Below are positions 42,152-53,600 of a stretch of DNA of 64,000 nt, in pieces; positions within the stretch are counted from its first letter, which is position 1; each line of letters starts with the position of its first letter. The position numbers were made by a program, and so were the translations under genes. Under the pieces are notes generated by a model. It was not told the origin of the DNA. It saw nothing but the letters and a program-made list of their open reading frames with translations, and did not search any database. Origin of the DNA: Dendrobates tinctorius (Eukaryota); the NCBI RefSeq assembly GCF_039654945.1, contig NW_027361672.1, positions 22,692,001 through 22,756,000 on the forward strand, given 5' to 3'.

Positions 42152-42802
42152 TGTCAGGATCCTGTCAGTGCCGGCGTGCAGCCTCCGCTGAGCTGGGACT
42201 CGCCCGCACTGTAGGGGGGCCCGGGGTCAGGTAAAGCCGTAAAGTACAGATACACAGGACCTGTGGACGCTGAAGTTTACCAAGCAGTCACAGGACCTAC
42301 GGTCATGTCACTGCAAGGGGGCGGGGCTTAGTGTCCTGTTTCAGAGATGGCAGGACACTATTCAGAAATACTCAGTCAGGCAAAACGGAGGTCATACACA
42401 GAGATATCAGTAAAGTACCAGGGATGAGACAGAACGGATAGTCAGGGCCAAGCAGAAGTCAAAACCAAACAGACATAGAAGGCACCAAGCAGAATCCAAA
42501 GCAATATCCAGAGAACAGACCGAGTCGTACACAGAGAATCAAGCAACCAGAACACAGCACTAACACACTCAGGGGTCACCACACAATGCCAAGGGCGAAA
42601 GTATAACTGACGGGGATGGAAGCTTCCTGAGGCTATAAGAAGCCTCCCCCAGAACCAGGGAGAGGCCACAATCATAGCCCCAGGTGTGCAGGTAAGCCTG
42701 CACTGGGATCACAACCTTTAACCCCAGAAATGCCAGTCATCAGCACTGGTTCCATACATTAACCCCACGTGTGCGAGTCAAACCCGCACTGAGATCATGA
42801 CA
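42152..42802. mobile_element. Solo LTR with 4-bp TSD
   Basis: TGTCAGGATC...GATCATGACA termini flanked by GAGT on both sides. Confidence 0.85.
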
Positions 42803-45519
42803 GAGTAACTGAAGACTTGTAGCACTAGGCCGGACAACCCCTTTAAATGGTGTGTTTCTCGCATACTGCAACTTTATCCATACTCTCTCACACATGACTA
42901 GGCAGAGAGGAGAAATGGAATTGTTATGTATGAAGGAGGCATACAAATGCAATAAGCAACTACGGTAACTTGCTTCCATTATTAATATAGGGACACTGGT
43001 CTTCTGAATTAGGAGAGGGTAGCGTCCTTCACGTTTGACCAGTGCTCGTCTCTGGTCCTCAGTAAGATCACTTAACCCAGGCTAAAATACTGTAGCTCCC
43101 ATATTGAAAAGCTTTCTGTTATCGAATATGTTAAAGAATATGTCACAAACATGGAAGTGACCTCTAATGTTTGACTATTTAGGGATATGTTCACATTTGT
43201 GTTTACCTTTCTGGTTTTTCTGTCTCATAAGCGGTGCAGGAAATGAAAAATTACCATCTCTGCAGTGCCGGATCTGTCACATGGCCAAGATCAATGTGGT
43301 CGGCGGTCCCATCGGCGTCAGGTTTTCGTCATGGTGTCCAGCATTTTAGCAGTAGAAATACTACTGGACATATGACAGAATTTACAATGGAGACTAAGAG
43401 CAGCATATCATGGGGAGAAGACCAGAAAAAAACCCTTGGTGCTTATGCAGAGTTAGTGCCAGCTCTCATTCCCTAATTTAATGCATATATTTACACGAAT
43501 GCTTCTGCGCCATAGCGTGACCTTATGTACGTAAATTACATACCTGCCTCTACTAAACCATCATGTTCCTTCAGTTAATTGATAGCTAAACGGTAAGATA
43601 TCACATTGTGGCATCTCTAAAGCAATTACTTTTTAGATTGTTTTGCATTTAATAAGATCATTGCCCATCGGCCCCACTGTATTACATGATTTACTAAAGT
43701 CTAGTATAATTTTACATTTCAGAATTGCGGCTATTTATACCTGCTCAGTATTTCCTCTACGCTGATCTCATTACTTCTGATGAATATGTTTGGCTTTACA
43801 TACATTTTTTTAAATTAAATTGACGTGCTGTTTAATCTCTATCACCGAGAGAAATACAGTATACACATACCAATCATTACCCGTGAACCCAGTCTGCTGG
43901 GGAAATGCATTTCCCTGGTTCCGTGGTCAAGTGTCTCTTCTGCTTGATATCGGAGTCATCTTTTCTCCATTAATCTGTAAGTATGGCTTGCAGAATGAAT
44001 GACACATTACCACGCTCACCAGCTACTTATCATCATGTCACCTATTAGAACTGTCACTGGTAACAACGTAGCAAAAGGGCACAGTATGATGGAGAAATAC
44101 CGTAGAATGTCTTTGTACTTTGTGAACCATGGGGAGCTGCTCAGTTTTCCAAAGGGTAGTGGAAGATGAATGACAATAATGTGAAGGCACCACACATGGC
44201 ACTGGCTCCGACCGTGTGACGGATCTCCATTAACTGCTCATTACTTAAAGGGTTCTCACCTTTTTTTATATGAATAAACTCATTTAGCCAAGAAGTAAAA
44301 AAAAAAGTGGAAACTTTGTATTCATAAACCTTTATGCCATAGCTTTCAATTCTCCAAATGAATGCAAGGAGTACCAAGGTGCACTTTCCCATTCCAGATG
44401 TCATATGTCCCGTGACATGTACAATGAAACTTCTCTCCGTGTCTCTGAAAAGACCACCCTTATGTCTAGACTAGATTTCCAGCTCCACCATAATGCATAG
44501 TGGACATCTTTGAGATGCTCACTTTCTTAGAGGACCACTTTTCAATGCCGTTTTGGGTGCTCATCTAGGAGGTTTTTCTGTATTGTATATCCCTACATAG
44601 TTGCATATTTTCTGAATGATTAATTTAGTTATCTTTTCTCTGCCTTGGGACCATTGAATGTCAAGCTAAATTATACTATGTGACCGATACTGTGGGGACA
44701 AGCGGATTTTAGGGGTCGCAGTAGCTTCGAGCACAGGAGAGTTGATATGATGTGATGGCGTTTTTTTGCTTGTTGCTTCATTTTCTGCATGATATTTGGT
44801 ATTTAGGTATATTAGCCCTACTTCAGAAGGAAATTATATTAAAAAAAAAAAGCTTTTTATAAGAATTCTTTAGAATTATTAAAAATTTTGTCTATTATGT
44901 GTATACCCTTGTATTAAAAAATATAGCAATGTGATACTTCAGAATTCTTAAGTGTTGACATGAGTCACTCCAGACGTACAGGAGACTCCATGTTGCAGGC
45001 CTAAATTACTCTTTTTTTTTTGGTCATTGTCCTTATCGTGGCAAAATTAAAGGCCCCATCACACACAGCGATCTCGCAAGCGAGATCGCTGATTTTGTGA
45101 CTCCACAAATTTTGTGACTGGGATCAGCAACCGGCCCCCCTGCCGGGTATCACTGATCGTGCTCGATCGGCCTGGGCCATTTTTTGATCGCTGGCCAGCA
45201 CCAGCGACGCTGGTTTCTAATGTAAACATCGAGTATCCAGGAGCCGCGCGGCTCTTATATACCCGATGTTTACCTTGAAAACCAGCGTGTACGCCGGTTT
45301 CCAAGGTAAACAGCGAGTATCCAAGAGCCGTGGCTCCTGGATACCCACTGTTTACCTTGGAAACCAGCAGTCATCAAATGCTTGGAGCAGTCTCACAACT
45401 TTGGCGGCATTGTCATTTTCACTTCAGTTTTGGCCAAATCCGCCAAAATGGGCAGGTTTAAGATGGCGTGTGGTGATTCCCTACTAAAATTTAAGACGGG
45501 TGTATGCCTTTCTTGAAAA

Positions 45520-45760
45520 GTATAATATTACAGGTTATATACACTAATTTCCTTTATATTGCGTTGATCCAGGGAGCTAGGCTGATTGCCGTATGTGGAG
45601 TCGGGAAGGAATTTTTTTCCCCAATGTGAAGCTTACTGTTTGCCGCATGGGGTTTTTTTTTGCCTTCCTCTGGATCAACATGTTAGGGCAAGTTAGGATA
45701 GGATATGGGTTGAACTAGATAGACATAAAGTCTTCCTTCAACCTTAATAACTATGTTACT
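45520..45760 (+). mobile_element. CR1-like LINE 3' UTR fragment
   Basis: GTTGATCCAGGG..GGAAGGAATTTTTTCCC..TTGCCTTCCTCTGGATCAAC..GGTTGAACT..TTCAACC hairpin plus an ACTATGTTACT tail. Confidence 0.7.
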
Positions 45761-46764
45761 CGCTGGAGTAAGATTTGTGGCCAGGCACACACCAATTTTC
45801 AGATGCACCTGATTCATTAATAGGTGTCTTAATGAATTCGGTGCCTATGGCTCTAGAGGTTCCTTGCGTGTGCTGGTCTTGGGTCAGGGCCTATGAGTAA
45901 AATAGATTGAACATTTAATGACTCTGTTAGGTGAATTGTTGTGTTTTTTTGGCACCTTTTATTTTTTGAGCTTTTATCTTTGCAGTAATATGCTTCTCTG
46001 TATAGTTCTTCTAACTGACTATAATGGTGGTCTGATCATTTCTTCTGAATTGATCTTCTGAAGACACAACCTATTTTATTCTGTATTAAAATGTATATCA
46101 CATCATTTAAGCCATACGATTATCGATTTCTGCACACGGGCTTATGTGCTTGATTCTGATTGACAATTTTTACTGCTTAAAATCTTATTTTTGGAGCAGT
46201 TACAGCCGTCAACTGATTTGTCTTTCTTGGAGAATATAAATGCTCTTGTGGCTTAAATATGCTTTGTATTAGCTCATGCAACTATTTTTAGTTGACAATG
46301 AGAGTCTGTTGGACGGTATTAATATGCAAGAGGCAGTGTTCCTTTATGTAATCCACTAGTTGTTTTTCAATATTGCTCCAAGGCATGGTATAGAATTCGA
46401 CATGGACCAGCTTTGTCCCTAAACTTTCCAGAGACTGGACTTTAGGTTAAGCATTTCTGGTCTGGCAGCGCAATATTTTGCGAAGTTCTTCTTTTTTTGG
46501 GTGAAATAGTTGTGATTTGTCTTTAGTACATGGTTAATAAAGTTAGTTTTATTCACAAAACATGTTGCAGTACCTGTTTGCTGTGTTGTTTTTTCATCAT
46601 TTTTGCACTTTCGTTGAAGGAATTGACATACGGCAGATATTAAAAACGCAGTAGTTGTCAATAACAATCATGTACATGAGATTTAATCTCGTAACTTATT
46701 CTGATACTGTAAAAAACAGCTTCTTGTTTGCTTAAAAAAATGCTACATGTGAACATACCTTAAG

Positions 46765-47105
46765 CGGGGCCGTGGTGTGGGAGTCGTTGAGTTGGAGTCT
46801 GTGTCCATTTTGGTGGAGTTGAGGTCGGTAAAAAATGGGCAGACTCTGACTCCTAAAATACATAATAAATTGGGTTTACTAGTACAATGCAGGATGTGCT
46901 GTAAATGTTTTCATTAGAATTTGGGAAAGTTATGAAATGTCTGTTCGGTCCCTGAGCTAAGGATCTCGGCTATTAGTTGAGATAAATCTGTGCTGCACTT
47001 TATGTACATGCTCAGTAGTGAGGCGCTGTTGTGGAGTCGGTGTCAGGGAAATTGAGGAGCCAGAGTCTTGAGTCGGTGGTTTGGCTTACCGACTCCGCAG
47101 CCCTG
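46765..47105. mobile_element. hAT-like element with GGAGTC subterminal repeats
   Basis: Repeated GGAGTCG/GGAGTT motifs and a right end CCGACTCCGCAGCCCTG. Confidence 0.55.
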
Positions 47106-48973
47106 ACCTAAGGCTAAGATCAGACAAGTACTGAACTTTTCTGTCCAGCTGCAGCTGAAAATTGCCGGAGTAACTTGGCCCATGTACAGCTCCATGTAAC
47201 TAGCGGATGGGTTCTCTATGGTCAATAAATCGAACCAGATTAGCACAGGTTGTGACTTTTAACCACATGGACCTGAGTTGTATGTGGGAAATAGCCCATG
47301 TGCAGTACAACATAGGCAGTGATTGACCTGTGTGCTTTTCATGTATGATCCATGGTACACATGGATCAAAAATATGCTCATTACAACTTAGCTAAGAAGA
47401 GCTATCGCTGGGTGGAGTGTTACCGTCCATCCAAGGTTGTCAGGTCATGGTTGAGTCAGTAGTAAAGGACATCATTCACACTGTTTTTTGCCATTTTTTT
47501 ACATTTTGTACAAGCATTTTTTTCCCCATTTTGATGTTTTCTAGGAATTTTTTATGGTGACAAGTGCCTAAAAAATGAGCTATTGGCCGCCAAAAGCCCC
47601 ACAAAAACCTAAATATTTAGGCATTCTCATATCTCACAGTAGACTGGTAATTAAATCATTTATTGTATATAGTGTCTATGGAACATTTGTAACAGCTCTT
47701 CACCCCACCTACTATTGGCCTACCACAAAGACCCAGATCTCTGCACCCTACATTCTTCTACTAACTGCTCATAAACATGTATTCTGCTTCTTCACAAAGC
47801 ACATAAAGGCTGCGGTGCGGAGTCAAATTGCCATAGGGAAGCAGAGATGATCTGAAACACTGGAAAAATAGTTCCAAGCTATTAGAAGAATGTGCAAACA
47901 AGCAGAATTAACTTGAGAAATTAAATATCTGTTGTATTTTTTATATACTTTATCAATGCTGTATGAATTGTTTAGAAAGCGCCACTGATTCTCCATATCT
48001 TACTGCTGCATGTTGTGTAAATCCTTTAGCGCATCCTGTCCACCTCTGTTTTAGTTATTTGCAGTTCCGTCTTCTAGTCACAGGAAGTCAGCGAGGCGTT
48101 GTGTAATATGTGACGAGAACCATAAGGATCCACATCTGTATCGGAACAGTTGAGCGTAAAACGTTACATAAGTGCCAGCATGCTAAAGTGTAGCTGTTAT
48201 TATCGGAGAAGGATAAAGCTTTGATGGGAGTTTGGGTTTGGTTAGTAGGTGTAGCACCACCGATAGGTGGCATCTAAGTGGAAAATCTATATATGACCTA
48301 AATTAAAGGGGTTGTCCCAGTAATATTCTTAGGATAGGTCATCAATATCAGATCGGTGGGGTCAAAAAACATTGAAAAATGTTGGTGTGAAGGAAGAGCA
48401 CCAACAATAATTCTGGGGGAAATAATCAAGAGTACTACTTCTTAAGTCAAACTTTATTAAAAGCCCATTGGCATAAGGCTCACCAAATTTGTTCAGTCGC
48501 ACATCTGTTAATAAATTGTGTGCATTTTTTGGCTATTTATCTGCCAGACATTGAAACATTTATGCTAGCTCATTTCCACTTTGATTTGTGCCAATTTCTG
48601 GTGTAAATTTTAAATGACAGGTCACGGTTGGCCATGCCCCTTCCTGCTAATTCCGCCCCACTTTTTGTAACTGGGATTTGACATGAAAACTTCAGTCAGG
48701 TTTGGGGATGAAGTAGTTGCATGGTACCAAAGTCCCACTCTGTATCCTGCTGGTGTGACAAATGCCCATTGTATTAATCAAAGTTATTTCTTCCTCCGAA
48801 ACAATGCCGATGCTGATAACAAAGCATGCCCTTACAAGCAAGGGTGTAGCTACAATAAATGAATAGAATGTGCCCGCTGTGATTCTGACTTACCTTATAT
48901 ACCCTGGTCATGTACTGTGTAATATAGATGCAGGAGAGCAAAATTAATGTGTGTATCCTTCACACAATCTTTA

Positions 48974-49372
48974 GGCTAAGTTTACACTAGGCGTTTTTGC
49001 AGTGTTTTTTTTATACAAATTTTCAGCTGCGTTTTACAGTACCAGCTATGTCTATGAGATTTCAGAAAAATGCACACAAATTGTTTTTTTTGTCATCAGT
49101 ATTTTGTGCTTTGTGTGTTTGTTTTTTTTTGCACAATAGAGCATGTCACTTCTTTCAGCGGTTTTTCAGTGTTTTACACCCTTTGAAATGAAAGGGTGGT
49201 GAAAAATCGCTGAAAAAAGTGACCAAGAACGAATGTATCAGGATTTGCTGCATTTTTTTTTTTGTGCCAAAACCTAATTCTGTAGAATAGGACTTTATTT
49301 TTCTGTGGCTTCACTCCTGCCAAGAGATCAGGTTTTGCTGTAGAAAAGAAAAATGCTTAGTGTGAACTTACC
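48974..49372. mobile_element. Harbinger-type MITE
   Basis: TTA|GGCTAAGTTTACACTA...TAGTGTGAACTTACC|TTA. Confidence 0.7.
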
Positions 49373-50250
49373 TTAATGGAAAGAACATTTTACATATGGA
49401 AATAGTGTTATGACTGTAGAGACATTTGTATCTTAATAAAAATACCTTTTATTTGCAGAGATCCAATGTGCCAGTCTTGAGAAATCTAGTGTAAAAGCCA
49501 TATACAAATCGGGCTGAAAATTTTCGAAATCCCTTCTCAGTGTGTAGAAAAATGCTGAATTGAAAACGTATCCCAGTCATGTCTCCCTGACGTATCCCAT
49601 GTCATGTCCCACTGACGCAGGTGCTCTGCTTGTAGAATGGTCTCCAAATGGAAGAATATCAATGTGTTCCTAAACTTCATCCACTCCAGACCCACCAATT
49701 TTTCTTTCTATGGCAAATTGATTTTGGGGAATCTTCAGTTTAGCAAACTAATTAAAGGACATCTACTGTATCTTTAGTCTCAGATTCTAGTTGTTAAAAT
49801 ACTTCAAAATCTTTGCGCAGTTTTTAGGTTTCCATTTCCTGTTATACATAATCATTGCTTTCCTGTTAGATGTGACAATCTTAATTACTACTGACTCTCC
49901 TGGACCCCAGGAATGATGTGGTACTATATTTTATCAGTAGGGAACAATATGTACAAGCGTCTCTTGGAAACACTTATAAGACAGGCTGTTTCACTTACAT
50001 TAGGAATATACTGATATATAACTAAACATATTATGTGTAAATTAAATCTAATGAGCTGATGGGAAAGTTGGGACATCTTTTTTAATGTAACTTTACATCT
50101 TGAGGTATTCTCCCCGGAGTTACTTGTAATTCTTCCCTGTGCAAGTTCTTAGAGCTTTGCGTGAAATGGCTAAATCAGGAGAGTGAGAAGAAGGAATCAT
50201 TGTTTTCTCGTCACAGCCCTGCATTCACATCTCCCTCTTATTATTTGCAG

Positions 50251-50678
50251 CAGATGTGAACCAGAACAATGGCACCTCATCCAAGGGCACGGCGGTGACT
50301 GACTCCACGAGCACAGAAGACCCCAAGAATGACTGGAAGAGTGCCAACCCAGCTGACGCTGCCTCTCGCCCACATTTGGTCCGCCTCTTTTCCCGAGATG
50401 CTCCTGGAAGGGAGGACAACACCTTCAAAGATCGGCCCTCTGAGTCAGATGAGCTTCAAACCATCCCAGAGGACAGTGCAACAACTTCATCAGAAACGGA
50501 TTTGATGGCATCACAGAAACTGTCTCGTGGTCACGGATCAAAACACATGGCATCGGCAAGCACTTCTGACCACTCTAGACATGGGCATGGAGCCCACGGC
50601 CGGTACAGGGACTCGGGTCTTCTTGACTCACTGGGCAGGCTCTTTGGAGGTGACAGGCATGTTCCTAGGAAGGGAAAG
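50251..50678 (+). CDS. MBP: Golli-MBP exon 5 (5a+5b) = Golli domain C-terminal part plus classic myelin basic protein exon 1
   Basis: The translation (A)[72 protein letters not shown] matches the Golli-MBP sequence as recalled. Acceptor CTCCCTCTTATTATTTGCAG (phase 1), donor AAG|GTGAGC (phase 0). Confidence 0.97.
50260..50460 (+). promoter_or_regulatory. Classic MBP proximal promoter embedded in Golli coding sequence
   Basis: Sox-type AACAATG (50265-50271), NFI site TGGA-N5-GCCAA (50334-50347), and TATA-like TTCAAA (50424-50429) about 80 nt upstream of the ATG. Confidence 0.7.
50505..50678 (+). CDS. MBP: Classic MBP first coding exon (starts [13 protein letters not shown])
   Basis: In-frame ATG at 50505 giving the canonical MASQK N-terminus, ending at the GT donor at 50679. 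Confidence 0.93.
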
Positions 50679-50696
50679 GTGAGCACTGAGGAATAG
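50679..50696 (+). CDS. MBP: Read-through C-terminus (VSTEE*) of a BG21/HOG5-type Golli isoform
   Basis: Unspliced continuation GTG AGC ACT GAG GAA TAG, resembling the recalled human HOG5 ending VSSEE. Confidence 0.7.
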
Positions 50697-53600
50697 AGCA
50701 AATTGTTAGCGAGAGTCAAATGAACTGGGGGTACAGTGGGGTATCTTGTGTTATGTAATACCTGGGATGTTGTCCCAAAAAATGAGTGAATAATTAGCGC
50801 CTCATTCACTAAACACTGCAGCCACATTTTGTTATTTCAGTTGGTACTAACCAGTATTAGATATGGTGCAATCTACTGGACGATGCAGTGGAAATTGATT
50901 TCCCAAGTGTAGCTAGACATGGCTATACCTGTAATAATCCTGAAATTGACCCAGTGGGAATGTGATTTACTGACAATATGCTTTTCTGTATATTCCCTAA
51001 ATTATAGAAATTATTGATCCTAACTTTTAATAAGTGGAGTACCTTAGAAAATATTGATTTTAATCATCCAGTTTGGTGTAGTGCCTTATACCACGAGAGA
51101 GATGTCTAAACTCCTTTCCCATAATGCTTATAACCATGAAGGTAATTGTAAAAATTTCTATATTTCTCAGTCCCAGTGCTGTAAAAACAATATTTTTTTT
51201 CACCGTTTGCTGAACACCAAATAATTGTGGCTAGTAACCTTACTGGAAATTTACAGAAGATGCCTAATAATTCACTTGATATATGACAATGTGCTACAAT
51301 GTCTATGTATTTTATGTATTCGTGTAGATCTGAATACAAGACAAGTCTGTTAGGTGTCGTTTAATGAGAAATCTTAAAATTATATGTGCTTTTACAGTTA
51401 ATTACCAATTTTATTTGCCATTATTCCTCCACTGTCGTATTACGTTCTTTGGTAACATTTCACAAGTTGAACAGATAGAGGTGTATGTTCCATACAGTGG
51501 GGATATCGCTGTTATTAGTCAATCGTGGACAATTATTTCACCAGCTAAATATATTACAGCTAATTTTCAGCATTTTAATCTTTTCAATCATGTACAGTAC
51601 CAATTTTGTAAATCTGTTCTAAAGAGCCCGATGGGCAATCTGTATGCTGCCCAACTCTTCTGTATTTAATACCATTGCTGAACACAATGCAGATTTTATA
51701 TAGCGTGAAAATCAATTGCTACAATTTTTACCGTTACAAGTTAGCTCCTTAAATAGAATACGGTAATCATTTTTTTTGTAGATAAATCACTAGCAGCGTG
51801 TGAATCTCTAGTCAAAAACTGCATACTAACATTACGAATTATAAGCCCTACATTTGATATTTTTATGTGAAGTCAAATTTTAAAGCTCCCTAAATGCATC
51901 TTTGCATAATTTGACCATGATTTAACTTTATGATAAAAGCATGTAAAATGCCGGTCCGGCACATGATTTAGCAAACAAAACCGTTTCATTACTATTTAAA
52001 ATGTATTTATTAAAAAAAATCTTTACACTTTCCTGAGACTAGGAATAAAGCAGTGAATGCCATTACCCGAGGAAAATGACCTTTAACTGACTAAGATGAT
52101 ATTCTTTGAGCCTTTCCTGAATATCAAGTATTTGTGAAAGAGCAATTTCCTATTTTTTTTTATATGGAAGCAAATGACATCTGGGTAGTGTCAGACATTG
52201 CAAAGACAAGATGTGCAAGGACAATGGGGCTGTGGTACAAGATGACACAAGCAATTGTGTATAAAGGAAGGTGCAGGTTACAATGTGATCATTAGGCTTG
52301 GAATAAAATGCTATTCGATGCGCAGAGCCAAGGTCACCACAAGGACATGGACCTGCTACACAGGCTGAGTCTATAACATGTCCTTATAGTGTCAAGACTT
52401 CAAAGTGGAGAAGATGTAGAATTGTAGGGATTGACTATAAGAGCAGGAGCAGACGGCCATGTAGTCTCACATCTGAGACAATTGGATCGATCATGCAAAT
52501 GACACTGAGCAGAGTTTCCGCGTAGTGTGATCCGATTCTCACTGATGAGGAGCAGATGGAATGTTTTCATCTTCTCCATTCTATCAGTCTGTCGAGCCAG
52601 TCAGTGAGTGGAGTCTGATGGTTTCCACAGACTCATTGACTTGCAAGATCAAGGGCGATCCGAATATTGGATCAAACTTAGGCATGCTGCGATTGTTGCC
52701 TAAGACAGACTCTGCCTGACGAATAAATCAGACATGTGCACGGCCCCATGGACTAACATTGGTCCAAGTGTGATCCGATGTTTTGTCAGATCGCACTCAG
52801 GTCAAAAATATAGTAATGTGCACAAGACTATTTAATAGACTGACTATATGGGCCTTAAAATGAATGTATCCACTTAAACCATGGATTTCTTGTAAAATGA
52901 TACATGTTTATGTTTGCACTTTAACTGTAAAGTTAAATGATAAAACCCTGTCAGTCCGTAATCCTCAATAAAGGGAGCCTGAGAGTTCACTAGAAATTGA
53001 GTTTATGTATTAATGGAACTTGTCTCTCGAGTCATACTGCCAAGCCATGGTCAGCATGAATTGGAGCCTGGATGCGTGCTTGTAGCCAACTGCGTTGTTC
53101 TCTGAAATGCCGGAGTGTTCAGAGAACATAGTTTGAAGAGCCAGCTGGGAATTACAGGGAGAGAGGAGATTAGACCAGAATTTTCCTCTGGTGGCTTCTC
53201 CTCCTGCTGCTCTAGTTACCAAACGATACATCTTTCCCTATGTACATACATGTTAGAGACCTCTCAATCATCTGGATCAGAGTTTGATAAGTTGGCCAGG
53301 GGCGAGGCTGGACTTGTCTCCTCTCTCCCTCTAGTCCCCAACCAGCTCTTCAAACACTGTTTTCCCTTAAATGTTGGAGCGTTTCATTGAACTACAAAAT
53401 TGGCTGCAATTGCGCATCTAGGCCCCGATTCTCGATCCCTGTGGTTTGGGCACCAGAATCTGAGAGACAATATTGCTTTAACAGTTTTCAGTGAGGAGCT
53501 GAAGGTAATCCGCATTTTAAAATGTATCTCTGACTGTGCAGTGGATTTGGAGCTTTGTATCAGAAAATTATTTCTGGCTACTAGTTAAGTTATACCAGAA

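Noticed and set aside
50256-50258. ORF-track start 'M' of the 146-aa ORF
   Set aside because: It is a GTG (Val) just inside a splice acceptor. The segment is an internal exon.
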